Positions 28,478 to 42,657 of a stretch of 64,000 nt of DNA are shown one piece after another. Made by a program: the position numbers and the translations under genes. How positions within the stretch are numbered: the stretch's first letter is position 1; every line of letters starts with the position of its first letter. Under the pieces are notes generated by a model. The model was not told where the DNA came from, ran no database searches, and worked only from the letters and a program-made list of their open reading frames with translations. Origin of the DNA: Eledone cirrhosa (taxonomy: Eukaryota); assembly GCA_964016885.1 (NCBI GenBank), contig OZ024745.1, positions 38,006,001 through 38,070,000 on the forward strand, written 5' to 3'.

Positions 28478-28900
28478 TTACCTATCTTCCGGCCTTTCTG
28501 GAGAATCGTAAAAGCACATATCGTTATATGCTTTTTCTATGAAAATTAGTAGTGGGCAGACCAATTTGCATAGAGTGTGAGTACGTACCAGTTCAACGGA
28601 GACGATAAAAACAAATAACGAAACGAAATTAAATTTCGTTTCGTTTGTAACTCACTTTTGTATGACTGACGCTTAAACAATTAAGTTAAAAATGTACATC
28701 CGCATATGTATACTGAAATACTAGTATGCATATGAATACACACACGTATACATATGTAGATGTACCAAGTCTTTCACTGGTCACTTTACTGTGAGTATCC
28801 AGCTATTCTGTATGTAAACACACAGACAAACCGGTTTTTAGAGTCATACTGGTTTTTGAGGAAACACCTTTCCTCTATTCTCCAGAAAGCCAGACAAGGA

Positions 28901-28943
28901 ACATTGAACTAGTTTCGTTGTTGTTACAACTCATCAGCAATAT
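28901..28943 (-). ncRNA. Type-I hammerhead ribozyme
   Basis: Identical motif, 466 bp from the previous copy. Confidence 0.85.
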
Positions 28944-29308
28944 TTACCTATCTACCGGCCTTTCTGGAGAATCGTAAAAGCACATATCGTTATATGCTTT
29001 TTCTATGAACATTAGTAGTGGGCAGACCAATTTGCATAGAGTGTGAGTACGTACCGGTTCAACGGAGACGATAAAAACAAATAACGAAACGAAATTAAAT
29101 TTCGTTTCGTTTGTAACTCACTTTTGTATGACTGACGCTTAAACAATTAAGTTAAAAATGTACATCCGCATTTGTTTTTATCGTCTCCGTTGAACCGGTA
29201 CGTACTCACACTCTATGCAAATTGGTCTGCCCACTACTAATTTTCATAGAAAAAGCATATAACGATATGTGCTTTTACGATTCTCCAGAAAGGCCGGTAG
29301 ATAGGTAA

Positions 29309-29351
29309 ATATTGCTGATGAGTTGTAACAACAACGAAACTAGTTCAATGT
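29309..29351 (+). ncRNA. Type-I hammerhead ribozyme (inverted arm)
   Basis: atattg-CTGATGA-gttg-taacaa-caac-GAAAC-ta-GTT-caatgt; palindrome AACTAGTT. Confidence 0.85.
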
Positions 29352-29569
29352 TCCTTGTCTGGCTTTCTGGAGAATAGAGGAAAGGTGTTTCCTCAAAAAC
29401 ACCAGTATGACTCTAAAAACCGGTTTGTCTGTGTGTTTACATACAGAATAGGTGGATACTCACAGTAAAGTGACCAGTGAAAGACTTGGTACATCTACAT
29501 ATGTATACGTGTGTGTATTCATATGCATACTAGTATTTCAGTATACATATGCGGATGTACATTTTTAAC

Positions 29570-29646
<77 letters not shown>

Positions 29647-30162
29647 TACATATCTGTGTATAAAATCATATATGTGTCATATATGAAAGCATATGCGATA
29701 TATTTATGTATGATAAACATACGAGTCTCGATATGAATTCTTATTAAAGCTGTGGACATGTTACGGCTAGCTCAGTTGCCGTGAGAATGCTAACCAATCA
29801 GGTTTGCACTATGTGCAACTGACCATCCCCAGCCGATGTTCGTAAGTAAAATCCATACAGGCTTTCACCTGTTTTTGTCTCACCAAGAAATAAATGAAAC
29901 TCATTAAAGACGGATAATCATCCAGAAACAGCTGTCTGGCATTCTCACCGCAACTAAGATAGATATGATATTACCCCAGCTCTACAAAACTTATAGTAAG
30001 TTTTCTGTATATTTATTAAACATATAGCATATGCCTTTATGCACTTCCCTAGGAAGAAGCACGCTGCTAATGTATTGTCTGGATATGTGCATGAATACTT
30101 TCATACATATATACATGCATATATAATACATACATGCATACATACATATATGTATATATATA

Positions 30163-30425
30163 TATAAAGAAAAAAAGATGAAATCGAAAATGCAACTGGA
30201 GTCTTATTTAAAAATATATATATAATTATTTGGTTCCTTTACCGGTTTCGCAGTTCTTCTGCTTTTCAAAAGTAGAGTTGAGAGAAAACCACAGACCCTC
30301 CATCTTAACCCTACTTTTGAAAAGCAGAAGAACTGCGAAACCGGTAAAGGAACCAAATAAGTATATATATTTTTTTAAAAATAAGACTCCAGTTGCATTT
30401 TCGATTTCATCTTTTTTTCTTTATA
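30163..30425. mobile_element. Fold-back element carrying only the 3' half of a hammerhead
   Basis: Arms about 30163-30283 and 30303-30425. GAAAC-cg-GTA-aagg at 30337-30350, mirrored at about 30236-30249. Confidence 0.8.
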
Positions 30426-30557
30426 CTTTCACTCATGTAGGACACCGGTTATTTTTCTTTTTGTAAAAAAACCTCACTTTCTAATATATATATATATATT
30501 AAATTTTAAGCAAAATATCGCTGCTTTCGCCCTTAGTGGGATCTAAGTCTTCACATT

Positions 30558-30595
<38 letters not shown>

Positions 30596-33129
30596 TTATA
30601 CTCATTGATACTTAGATATAGCTTGCTACGTCTCAATCTTTTTCAAAGTCTTTGCTCCGTTCATGTTAACACAGTATCCTGAAGCTTTCCTTCCTCTTCT
30701 TTTGTGTGGTTGGATTAGACGTCATTGATGTGATTGCAATATTATCGTTACAGTTGTATATACGGATCCCCTGATCCTCTGCGGTTATAGAGCACAGGAT
30801 GGTAGAGTAGGGTCCTACTTCCAACCATCATTTTTACTGGGTAATTATATTATCACACTCATTCGAATGTATGGAAGGAAATTTCTTAATTATTTCTAGC
30901 ATTTCAAACAGCCACATGTAAAACCTCAAACCACTTTCTTGCGATATCTGCAAATTTAGTTTTAAAAAATCCAATTCATGTCTTACGAAAACAAACAATA
31001 ATTTAACACTTTCTAGCCCCCCCCCCCCCCCCCCTCCGCTAAATTTAATTTTAATATAATTTTGAAAATAATTAAGAATTTGGTTTTTAAAATGTCATAG
31101 AAACACCGTCAGAAATATGGAGCCCCCACCACCCCCTCGGGAGTTACAGAGAAAAGAGAAAAAAAATAATACAACTAAATTTCTCATTATTTACCTGTTA
31201 TTTGTAATATAGCTTGATAATATTCCTCCAGTAAACTTAGAATGGAAGTATTAAATTTAATCATGAACACTTGAAAAAGAACTGCTTTGTATCATGGGTG
31301 TGATTTCAGTTGCGTTGACCTCAAACGGTTTGATATAAGTGGGATATCTTAATGAATATATAAACATTAACACTCTTTATGCTTCGCGGTGTAGCCACCT
31401 CCCAATGAGACTTATCCACACATAATTCGTCTTCTGGGTCTAAAAGGATTTCCTCCCTTAGAGACATAGAAGACTCCTGCATCAGGTTTAGCGCAATATT
31501 ATTGTAAATAATTATTATGAATCATCTGCCCGTTTTTATCATGAATATTCCGTTGTTCAATCAACTGAAAGTTCGACTAATAAATTAAACTGTTGGCAAT
31601 CCATGGGTACATATAATCTGGACATAATTTTTTGGCAATATCATTTTAACATAATATATGATAAGACAGAACCTTTGATTTAAAGCTAGAACCTATCAGA
31701 ATGGCTTCCACACACTTGCAGTGAGAAAGAACCTCAAAACTCATTTTGAAATTGTTAATCCCTTAAACATGCCTGCATCGATGTCATATACAATATAGCA
31801 GACCAAAACATTTGAACTATTGTATCTAAGGCATTATTAAAACAAGCACATCTAGCGGAGAACTTGTAACATTTGTTAAATATCAATCACACATTATCAT
31901 TGAGATGTTTAGAGAGGTGAACAGCAAATTTATCAACCACACTATAGAATGACGAACAGTTGGCTTATGGTTAAAGGCCAATAACTTACTAAAAAATGTT
32001 ATCATTTTAACAAAAGTTATCTCCCCTACAAATTGGTATTTTTTTTTAAAAATGGAAATGATCTTGTTTATGTTCCGAACGAATTAAAATCGATCGTTTG
32101 ATTGAAGAGTTATAATATCATAGGTACACATGCACACCGTTGGTGTCTCTTAAATGTTATTATATGTTTTTATTTATTTATTTATCCCTAGGTGTACTAT
32201 GATTGAGTAAATCCATTGGAAAACAGTAAAAAAGGAACAAAAACAAAAAGAAATCATAGGTACTGTGAATTTCGGCTAATATTATCCAATCTTTTCTTTT
32301 ATTGTTAAGACAGTTGCTGGTTAACCCCCGATGAGCATTTATTAATAAAACTAGAACTGTCACGTCGGTGCTCGATCATTGTGCATACGTGTGCCTAAGC
32401 ACAGAGCCCCTGCCAAAAAAATACCTCCTTCATGGCCCAAGTAAGGGACCTCATAACTTAACTATCACAGGGCCTCATTTGTCCTAAATCTGGCATTGTG
32501 TTACATACATTCCGGTAGTGATCATTATATCTTATTTTCATGCACAGTATATTTTAGACTATATTATACATTATGAGACTGTTTTATAGCCAGATGCTCT
32601 TCCTGAAAAACATTTCATCAGCTCTTATAACATACAAGCTGTAATGAAGACAACTTGTCTAGGGAGACAGTAAAACATTACAGACTGTAGAAGGTACATT
32701 TAAATCCTGACTGGTATCTCTAGTGTTGGCAGCATGTTAAAATCTCGTTAAAGTGGGCCTTTCCCATTGTTTTCGTCAGAAACAATGATAGTCAATATTT
32801 AATAAGAAGATATATATATATATATATATATATAGTAATACAGACCGAAATACATTTATTGGATGCTATGTCAACGAGTCAATATAGAAATAAAATACAT
32901 ATAATTATTTAAAAAAAACAACTACGAAATTAGGGTTATAAAGTAAATATTAAGAAAGGGAAAAGTAAATAAATTACTTACATAGATGTTGCACTAACAT
33001 TCATAAGTCTTGATTATAGCTTGACAGCCGTTTATTACCCATTATTGATTCAGTTAGATTATTTTATGACTATAATAAATTATAGAAATTGTGCTTACAC
33101 TTACATGTGGTTGACCACATATAAGACAT

Positions 33130-33266
<137 letters not shown>

Positions 33267-33811
33267 GAGAGAGACGAGTATACATGCACGCAATATGTAC
33301 ATATAAAAGCATATGTATATACAGAAATTCTAAGCTTGAAAGGCACGATAAGTTTGGACAGAATATTTATATAGTAAGAAACAGGGCTTGTTTTTTTTAC
33401 CTAAATTTATTCATATCATATTTCGAGATTAATATTTCTTCTTCCGAGTCTACATGGGAACAGATATCTCAGCTGCTTCTAATATCAGAATCAGGATCGA
33501 TCATTAATCGATCGATCCTCGAGGTGATCGGCAGTGAAACATATGTAATAAATAATTAAATATGTATATAAGGCAACACTGATTATATATATATATATAT
33601 ATTTGAAAGACAACAGATAGCTGGATTTGAATATATTTTTAACGTTGCAAAAATGAAAATACGTATTTCTACGGTCTGTTTGCACCATCTTTCTCCTCTG
33701 TATTCATATATGTCTATATATATGTATAAATATACAATTGTAAAATTGTATATATATATATATATATATAAGAGAGTATTGAAGTTTGCTTGAAGCATTG
33801 TGGAACAATAA

Positions 33812-35010
33812 GTAAATATCTTTAAGTCGTTTGGAAGCCTCGACAATGCAAATGGGTAAATCTCCGGGTAACAAGGTCCGGCGGTGGAGAGAGAGATGTA
33901 AGTGGGTCTACGTTGAGATGCGTGGTGTGTATAAGATGTGTGATATTTGTAGAATGAAGGGAAAAGTATAAGGGATAAAAATAAAAATAACAACACAAGA
34001 GAGAGTTACCTTGGGAGAGATTTAATAGTCCCTATATATTTCGGATTCACATCCATCAACTGGGATTTTTTCCGGGGTGGGGGGAAAAGGTTGTCTGTCG
34101 GACAAGTCCGGAACACGTCTTTCGCTGTTTGTTGATTTGAATATCTGAGGTATTCGGCAGAGCGCGCGTGCGCGTGAAATGGGGTCGGTCGTACAGAGGT
34201 CAGCGGCCGAATAAGGGAGTGGGATGGCGCTAGCTCTCAGTCCATTCTCTGCCTGTTTGTTAAATGTTACTGTGTGTGTGTGTGCGTGTGTTGTTGTCCC
34301 GCTTGAGTGTGTGTGTTTGTGTGTGTGTGTTGTTGCCTTGTTCATCTGTATTGGCAGTGTAGTATGTTCGTATGGTGGAATGCTACTGTGTGTGTGTGCG
34401 TGTGTGTGTAGTTGTCTCGTTTGCGTGTGTGTGTGTGTGCGTGTGTTGTGTGCTGTTGCATCGCTTGTTAACTTAAACCAGCCATTTAATTTCGCTTCTC
34501 TCTGATCGGTTGTTTATTTGCGGTTGCAGTCGTTTGATAAAAAGCGCTTCCTTGATACGTAACGTGCCGACGTTTCTTTCAGTCGCTAGAATGGTGACAA
34601 TGGGCCTTCCGTCTTTGTTTCCGCATTTGTCTATGTGTTTCCGGAAAGACGAGGCCCTGGTTTTAGGCCGAATACCTCAGATGTTCAAATCAACAAACAG
34701 CGAAAGACGTGTTCCGGACTTGTCCGACAGACAACCTTTTCCCCCACCCCGGAAAAAAACCCCAGTTGATGGATGTGAATCCGAAATATATAGGGACTAT
34801 TAAATCTCTCCCAAGGTAACTCTTTCTTGTGTTGTTATTTTTATTTTTATCCTTTATACTCTTCCCTTCATTCTACAAATCTCACACCTCTTATACACAC
34901 CACGCATCTCAACGTAGACCCACTTACATTTCTCTCTCCACCACCGGACCTTGTTACCCGGAGATTTACCCATTTGCATTGTCGAGGCTTCCAAACGACT
35001 TAAAGATATT

Positions 35011-35013
<3 letters not shown>
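33812..35013. mobile_element. Element with ~345-bp long inverted arms around a ~500-bp TG-rich spacer
   Basis: 33812-34160 vs 34667-35013. Mirrored spurious ORFs on both strands. Right end abuts (TA)n. No hammerhead seen. Confidence 0.85.
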
Positions 35014-35082
<69 letters not shown>

Positions 35083-36279
35083 GTTAAAACTTAGACAGGA
35101 ACAAACACAGAGATGCAGTAAATATAAGAGTTTATTAGGTTTACGCTTTTGAGAGGGGCAGGGGGAGCGACGTTTCGGGCATTATTATTATTAGTTGTCG
35201 AGTTGGCCAAGAAGGTGGGGCGGTGAAATGGAGCAGTGTGTTAGTGGTGTTAGTGGAGGATGTGTGGGGGATATATACATATATATATATATATGTGTGT
35301 GTGCGCGTGTGTGTGTATGTATGTGTGTGTGTGTGTGTGTATTAACACATATATCTGTACATTGAGAGGAAAATATGGATATCTTCATACATACGTATAC
35401 ATATACTTACACATATATCAAAATACACATATCATTCACACACATACCTGTAGTTACATATACATTTCCATACACATACAAGTACGTGTATGTTAGTTTT
35501 TCATTTCAAGTACCAAGTATATAACTATGAATATAACTATGAATAATTATAAATAGGATTAATTCATACCCAAAGTTTATTCTCACATATAGACTTACAT
35601 ATGAATTCAAAACGTTAATTGAACTACATATATTCCTGTTTTGCATCCTCTATATTTTACATACTTAAATAGGCTGATAAGGAGGTAGAAAACATTTCGG
35701 TAGAAATAAATAAAAAATGAAGAATAATACATGACTTGATGTACACATTTAAAACATGTAAAAAAAAAAAGGAAAACAAAATTATCCTTTGTCTGAATTG
35801 CACCTGTGGAATTATGTATTTCAATTTCAGTAGTTACATATTCTGTATCTATTATAAATTTGATATAAACCTGTCGTCATAGAGAAATGTGAAAATAGTA
35901 TTTCTGAAGGAGATTATATTGGTGCGAATTACTACGTAGTATTTAAAAGCATTCATGATGTTGTTGTTACTTCTTATTTCATTTGCTATAGATTCTTTGG
36001 TTTGTAGATCATGATTTGAAATACCTCCTAAGAGTATAATGGACATGTTCTACCTTCTCATGATAGGGCTTCACCTTTTTTTTAAATGCTACATTCTAAA
36101 TTATAGATACATTGGTTAATAGCTTCCGCAAATGAAGTTACATTTTCAAGTCTTCTATGTTTAGATAAGTATGGGTGTACAATCTTTATGAAAGGTTATT
36201 CGCGGTTGTTCCTACGTAGAAGAAATGGTTTTACATTTTAAACCTCGATTTAATTTATGAACAGGATTGACATTCACAG

Positions 36280-36745
36280 TCGGGCGGGAAGCGGTATCAC
36301 GATTGGCATATGTAAAATTAGTCAGCTGGAGTTTTGCAAACGACATAGTGTTACATAACTCGACAGCAGGTGATCTCTGGCTTGCACTTGAGATCTTGAG
36401 TGCTATATAGCTGGAATTCAAATCAGTGCTACAAAAACTGAGACACTCGTCCACCCAAGGACTTACGCAGAGCACTCTGCATGTGAATGGAGTTCCACGG
36501 AAGCAGGGGCCGTGTTCACGAGTGATGGAATGCAGGAGGCTGAATCAAATGCAAGAATTGCTGGAGCTGGTACAGTAACGCGCCAGCTTCAGCTTCGGTA
36601 ATCAGAAGAAGTGGGGTAGGTATAAAAGCCAAACTCACTATCTTCAATTCGGTATCCGTGCCAACCCTCACTTATGATCATCAATCTTGCGGAATAGATG
36701 AAAGTATACGATTGCGAATAAACCCGCCGAAATGGGGTTTCTCCG
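36280..36745 (+). mobile_element. Decayed LINE RT fragment
   Basis: Manual translation with shifts: SFANDIVL (motif C-like), AGIQISATKTETLV, VFTSDG...NARI. Confidence 0.6.
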
Positions 36746-36885
36746 ATTCTCCTTTATTCAAACTTTTCATGAAGCGAAATAGGTACTTTTTAAAAACTTT
36801 AAGCAATTTATTTTCTTGTACGGATTCTGAAAACAACAAATAATAAAATGCTTATTATATTTTCTATTTAATTATCTGTTAAATC

Positions 36886-36923
36886 TGCATAGAGGTTTCA
36901 GTCCTTTTTACCTCATCAATGTA
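36886..36923 (-). ncRNA. Degenerate minimal hammerhead motif
   Basis: taca-TTGATGA-ggt-aaaaagg-act-GAAAC-ct-CTA-tgca. Confidence 0.45.
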
Positions 36924-38427
36924 ACTAGTAACTGCTGTCATGCGTTTAAATTTCTATTAATATATTTGTATCATTTCTGTTCATAACAATAATTATATTT
37001 GTATTCGTGTATAATTATGGAGATCAGACAGGTTACGTTGGAAGAGAAACAAAATTTGATAATCATGAATGTGCTTTGGTAGTGAATTCTTATTTCTGTT
37101 CAAAATATTGCCATTAATAATAATTCGTGAAATCAGATTAATTTAGAGTGGAAAGAAATAATGTTTTTAAAAATATTCATAATTTCTAATATCCTGTAAC
37201 TGATTTCAGTCACCAGTCTCCGGCCATGCAGAAGCACCGCTTTCAAGCCATTTAGACCATCAGGTTGATCTCATATATATATTACGAAGTCGTGAACTTA
37301 TTTTATCGATATCATTATGTTGAAACTTTAAGTAAACGTGTTTTCGCGCGTGTGTATATAGTTTCAATATTTCAAATTTCACTCATAAGGTATGTAGAAG
37401 ACACCGCCCAAGTTACCACGCAGTGGCAGTGTGCTCCTGTGCCATTCAACACGGAGTTGAGCCTGCGCCTAAATTTATATTTCTTCTTTTGTAAAAAAAA
37501 AAGATTTCTACCGCCCAGTATTAAACTCCTATAGTTCGATTCCACCGATAAAGACAGCAATATCGTTCATACAGTCACGTCGGTTAGGAATGTAAAAACT
37601 GCGTTCATTATCTCATGTGAACCTCGTGACGCATTGCGAGGTTAGATTCCCTTTACTAAACAACTTGCTTGTTATATTCACCGTGATCGTAAATTGTAGA
37701 TTAAAATTTTCTGAAATATATTAAATTTATTTTCTTTTATGGAATTCCAAAGGCCAACTAAGTTTATAGAGGATGTTAACAAACAAAAACCAACGTTAAA
37801 TTAATCTGATTTCATTAACTGCTATAAATGGCATTAATTTAAAAAAAGAATTATTGAAGGACATTCTAAATTATTTCACTTTCTCAATTTCCAACATAAC
37901 CTGTCTGATCTCTATAACTATACACGAATACAAATAGAATGATTAATTTGTATTGAAGTGAACAACAACAAAAAGAAACTATATGAATTTACATATACAG
38001 GAAAAGTTACCAGTCACCGTGATGAAGGTAAAGGAGCTGAAAGGTGCATGCAACCTTAATATTTCGCAGAATAAATGTAGATTACAAATGTTAGATTATC
38101 AAATTCCACCCCAACCCCTCAAAGAAAAAAGGGGAGAAAAAAGAAATGGTATAAACGACACAAAATTACAGGCCTCTTCTAATGACAAAATGAAATAATT
38201 AGTTATACGGGATTTTAGCTTCGCTTTGCGTCAAGTTGTCTACCGTTATTCTCAGGCATTATAAACACGATTGTCGGAATTGTAATAAACAGGAGCGATA
38301 TCATCAAAGTTGGCGACGAACTTAAAGAAAACGAATAAAATTCTACCGAAAACATGCAAACGCTTAGCCCCGTGCACATATGTTTATACTTAGACACGTA
38401 TATATATATATAATAATAATAATAATA

Positions 38428-38570
38428 ATTGTTTCTACATTTGGCACAAGGCCAGCAATTATCCCAGTGTATTACTGGTGCTTTATTTTATCGATCCCGT
38501 AAGGATGAAAGGCAAAGTTAGCCTCGGCGGGATTTGAACTCAGACCATAAAGGGACGTGACTCTTTGCTG
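38428..38570 (-). mobile_element. SINE family 1
   Basis: tttattttatcgatcccgtaaggatgaaaggcaaag...tttgaactcaga. Confidence 0.85.
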
Positions 38571-38573
38571 TAA

Positions 38574-38928
38574 TAATAATACAAGGCCGATTTGTTAAGC
38601 CTTCATTACGTTTATTGATTGATGACTCGCGTTTCGCTATTGATCAGCTCAAGGTTCGATCTGTATCGATCTGGCCCGACTCTGGAATTAAAGGTTCGTC
38701 GGACCTCTGTTGCTTCCAGAGTCTGGCTAGATAGATACAGATCAAACCTTGAACTGATCAATAGCAAAACGCGCGTCACCAAACGATAAACTTAATGAAG
38801 GATTAACAAATAGTCCTCGTATTATTATATTACACTCTGTCTAGCTCTACACCTCGACACTGACATGAACCTAAACATCGAGTGCTCACCTGGGTGAACC
38901 TACAGTAACTTCACGTTACACTCTCCCG

Positions 38929-38930
<2 letters not shown>
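38574..38930 (+). mobile_element. Diverged fold-back element (family B-like) with a hammerhead 3' half and tail
   Basis: Arms about 38574-38687 and 38715-38827. Minus strand GAAAC-gcga-GTC...AATAAA at 38611-38635. The tail contains catcgagtgctca, as in family B. Confidence 0.7.
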
Positions 38931-38959
<29 letters not shown>

Positions 38960-39017
38960 AAGGCTCTGATACCATCAACACTATACACACAGAGCTGGCA
39001 AATCTAAGAACTAACTA

Positions 39018-39073
39018 ACTGCCTGATGAGGTCATAGCCATTCAATGGCTATCATCGAAATATATATAGCAGT
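39018..39073 (+). ncRNA. Type-I hammerhead ribozyme, intact core, in a solo pLTR between (TA)n tracts
   Basis: actgc-CTGATGA-ggtc-atagccat-tca-atggctat-catc-GAAA-tatat-ATA-gcagt-a-AATAAA. Confidence 0.9.
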
Positions 39074-39114
39074 AAATAAAGGATTATGAGTTCGTGCAAT
39101 TGACTTATGTTTCG

Positions 39115-39157
<43 letters not shown>

Positions 39158-39882
39158 TATTTTCCGTTGTGTTGTAATATAAATATTACACACAGTAGAT
39201 TATCAGCTCACGTAGAGTTTGCTCGACGGCTAATAGCTATATATATATATATATATATAGCTAATAGCTATATATATATATATATATAGCTATTAGCTAT
39301 CAAACGACCATCTGGTCACTGGATCATACATCTCTGAACACTTCTTTCACCCTCTCTCCATGAAACAGCATCAACCCCATTAAGATAGAACAATCAGCAA
39401 AACATTTACAACAAGCGTTTATCAAATGTCCCGTCATTCCTAGCCCATAAATATCATACATGTATCCACCAATGACTCTGTAATTTATTGTCTTTTATTT
39501 TATCTGTCACTACATCGGACCCTCTACACGTATCTATGTACACCTCGAATCTGGTTTCTTATTATGGCACTAAACCCACCAACGAATCCTTATAAGAACA
39601 CTTACTCAAAAACTACTACTAACATACTATGTACTTACACGCTCTCACTTATTTATTTCTTTATATTTTCCATTTTCTCATTTGTTAATTTTTAATGTAC
39701 CCTATCTTCTATTTTACTTTTTACTTTTTACATTTGTAACTTCTCTACCTATTTACCATATATGTTTTATTATTGATGTTATTATTTTGATTATACGCTA
39801 TTTTATTATTGATGTTATTATTTTGATTATACGCTATTTTTCTATATAATTCTTGCCTCGAGTGAATTTCTTTCATATCTAC

Positions 39883-39993
39883 GTATTCTGATGCGTTGAC
39901 CAGAGGTAAATAATGTATTGGAGATCGAATGACGCAGCCTCAAGCGATTAGCGAACTCTAGACTCACCTGATCAACGAAACAATTGTCAGTAC
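39883..39993 (+). ncRNA. Hammerhead in the 5' pLTR (variant core, long stem II)
   Basis: gtatt-CTGATGC-gttgaccagaggt...acctgatcaac-GAAAC-aatt-GTC-agtac, then AATAAA. Confidence 0.75.
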
Positions 39994-40266
39994 TTTAAAT
40001 AAAGCCAATACGTTATTGTACAGCCAACCATGTTACTCTTCATTCTTTAACTATTATTACTCGAAGTATAACCTGCATAGAAATTACCGTCAAGTCGCTG
40101 CATAACTAAGGAAGCATCTTGTTGAGTCAAACAAAGCCGTACGTTAAAACTATTCACGACGCGGAGTACTCACAACCTCTAACTATATTACCTATAACGA
40201 TAACTTATTATCCCATATACCCAGCTCTCACTAGGTTGAGCAACAACCTTAACGCACGGCATTAAC

Positions 40267-42520
40267 ATGGAAAAGTACCACATAGACATGCCACTGAAAA
40301 ACATACCTATACCTACAAACATGGACTATACACTCGGCATGATACAGCGTACTAATGATTTCATCCGTCGAATCCGATGGAAGGCTTACCAGTACTACAA
40401 AGGACACGCTAATAACACGGAGGAATTTACTAGGGAAAAATACGGATTCAAATCCTGCAAGAATCCACCAAATAACACCCAGCTCGATGCCTTCGAACTC
40501 GACCTCATGAATATGATAAGTGGAACTAAATAAAAAAAAACGGACACATCACAACAAATTGCAAAACGACATCAATGCACTACTAAAAAAACTACGCAAC
40601 ACCAACAGTATTATAGTAAAGGCAGACAAAACATCAAACGTATACACCATGAGCCTCAATACATACAATAATTTTATACGCCGGGAATTGCACAAAAAAT
40701 ACAAAAAAAAAAAACCCAACAGAATCTGAATTCACTAACATTAATAAGGAAGGACTTAGCATAGTAAAAAAACTGAAAATATCTGATAGAACCGAGTCTC
40801 TAACACCTTGTAACCCCACATTTAACCTAAAGGATCACAAAAATATTTCCAAATAGACCCCCACAATTAGATTAATATGCCCATCTAAGTAGGATATCGG
40901 TAGAATTAGCAAGTAATCGCACAAATTAAGGACAAACTAATAATTAAGCTATGGGGTAACACTAACGAAGCAATAGACTGGTTCAGCAAAATAAACAGTA
41001 GAGAAACATCTAACTTCGTACAGTTCGACATTAATGATTACTACTCATCCATATCCCCAGTCGCCCTGTGTAAAGGGCTAACCTTTGCCCAGTAAAATTC
41101 GGACTTTACCTCGGACGAAATTAAAATAATACTAGCTGCTAGAAGGACTATCATTAGATTCGAAAATAGTTACTGGGAACGAAAAAACAGACAGAATAGC
41201 TTCGATATCACAATGAGATCTAGCGACTCAGCGCAGGTAACGGACTTGGTGGGAATATATATAGCGCATAACTTACATAAGGAATTCAATAAACTCCAAG
41301 GAGGAATTTATAGAGACGATACACTCCTAGCCAAAAACTTAAATAATCAAAACATGGAAAGATTACGAAAAAACAGAGTATTCTTAAAAAAAACTAGGCC
41401 TTGGTATCACTTTCGAACTTAACTCTAAAAAAGCAAATTTCCTAGATATAACTCTCAACCTAAACACCGGATTAATAAAGCCCTTCCATAAGAATAACGA
41501 AAATCTAGCCTACATTAGTTATAACTCAAACCACCCCCGATCCATGATTAACTCCATAGCACATAGTATATCCCTCAGAATATTCCGCCTATCTTCGAAC
41601 CTAGACATTTTTAACGAACACGCAAACTATTATAACATAGCTTTACAAAGACTGGACATAAGGAGAAGCTGGAATACATACTAGATAGAAACACCACAAC
41701 AAACCTAACGACAACAACACTACCCACTCATATAGAAATAACAAGCATAGAACTAAGCATAGAATTAGACAACGAGCACCAAAAATAACCGAACAGAACA
41801 CTAATATAAGGACCCCCCAAAACTATAGAATATCCAGAGATAGAAAGTAGATATGGTTCAATCCAATATTCAACTCCTCTATAAAAACTAAACTACCTTC
41901 TACATTCTTTAAACTAATAGATAAGCACTTCCCTATACTACACAAATACCATAACATCTTTAATAGAAAAACTATAAAACTTTCCTACTCTACTGCAGCC
42001 ATCATACAATCGCACATACGTAAGATCAACCACACAAATATCTCTAAAGAAATTAACCTACCAATATGCAACATAGCACCAAATACAAAACACAAACACA
42101 TAACAACATCACAACCACAAACACATCAAAACATTAATAGGCCTAAATCACAACCCACCCACAACAATTTACAAAACCGCAACGATGAACCTGCACAAAG
42201 TAAAACCTCAAATTGTAATTGCCACCTGCCGGATAAGTGCCCACTACGGAATAGATGCCTGGATTCGAGTATTGTATACCTGTGTACTGTAAATTAAGGC
42301 AACTCTACTTGGCACTACATAGGTTCCACGGCTGGGGAGTTCAAGAAAAGGTGGTACGTCCACAGACACTCCATGAAGAACCGTGGACTGGAGAACTCTA
42401 CGACAATCAAACAATAAAATCTGGCAGCTTAAGGACAAAAACCTAGAATATAAAATTAGCTGGTCAAAACTATCGGTAACAAAAGCCTACAGCTACGCTA
42501 TTTTTCCATATAATTCTTGC
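40267..42520 (+). pseudogene. PLE reverse transcriptase-GIY-YIG ORF with several frameshifts and stops
   Basis: ORF-track pieces 40267-40533, 40520-40729 and 41213-41422 (YRDD), plus manual translation. Confidence 0.88.
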
Positions 42521-42546
42521 CTCGAGTGAATTTCTTTCATATCTAC

Positions 42547-42657
42547 GTATTCTGATGTGTTGACCAGAGGTAAATAATGTATTGGAGATCGAATGACGAA
42601 GCCTCAAGCGATTAGCGAACTCTAGACTCACCTGATCAACGAAACAATTGTCAGTAC
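42547..42657 (+). ncRNA. Hammerhead in the 3' pLTR (variant core)
   Basis: gtatt-CTGATGT-gttgacc...gatcaac-GAAAC-aatt-GTC-agtac. Confidence 0.72.

Larger units (their letters stand above)
28141..29574. mobile_element. Retrozyme/PLE-like array: 2.2 tandem copies of a 466-bp unit plus a ~400-bp inverted copy, three hammerheads
   Basis: Units start at 28141, 28607 and 29073; inversion junction at about 29171; (TA)n on both sides; copies nearly identical. Confidence 0.92.

Noticed and set aside
28141-29171. CRISPR-like array
   Set aside because: Units are 466 bp with no unique spacers, and the context is eukaryotic.
30513-30558. Hammerhead-like minus-strand motif gTGAAGA...GAAA (related to 54760-54790); GAAACGTC at 52044-52051 minus
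   Set aside because: Core and stems are too degenerate to call.
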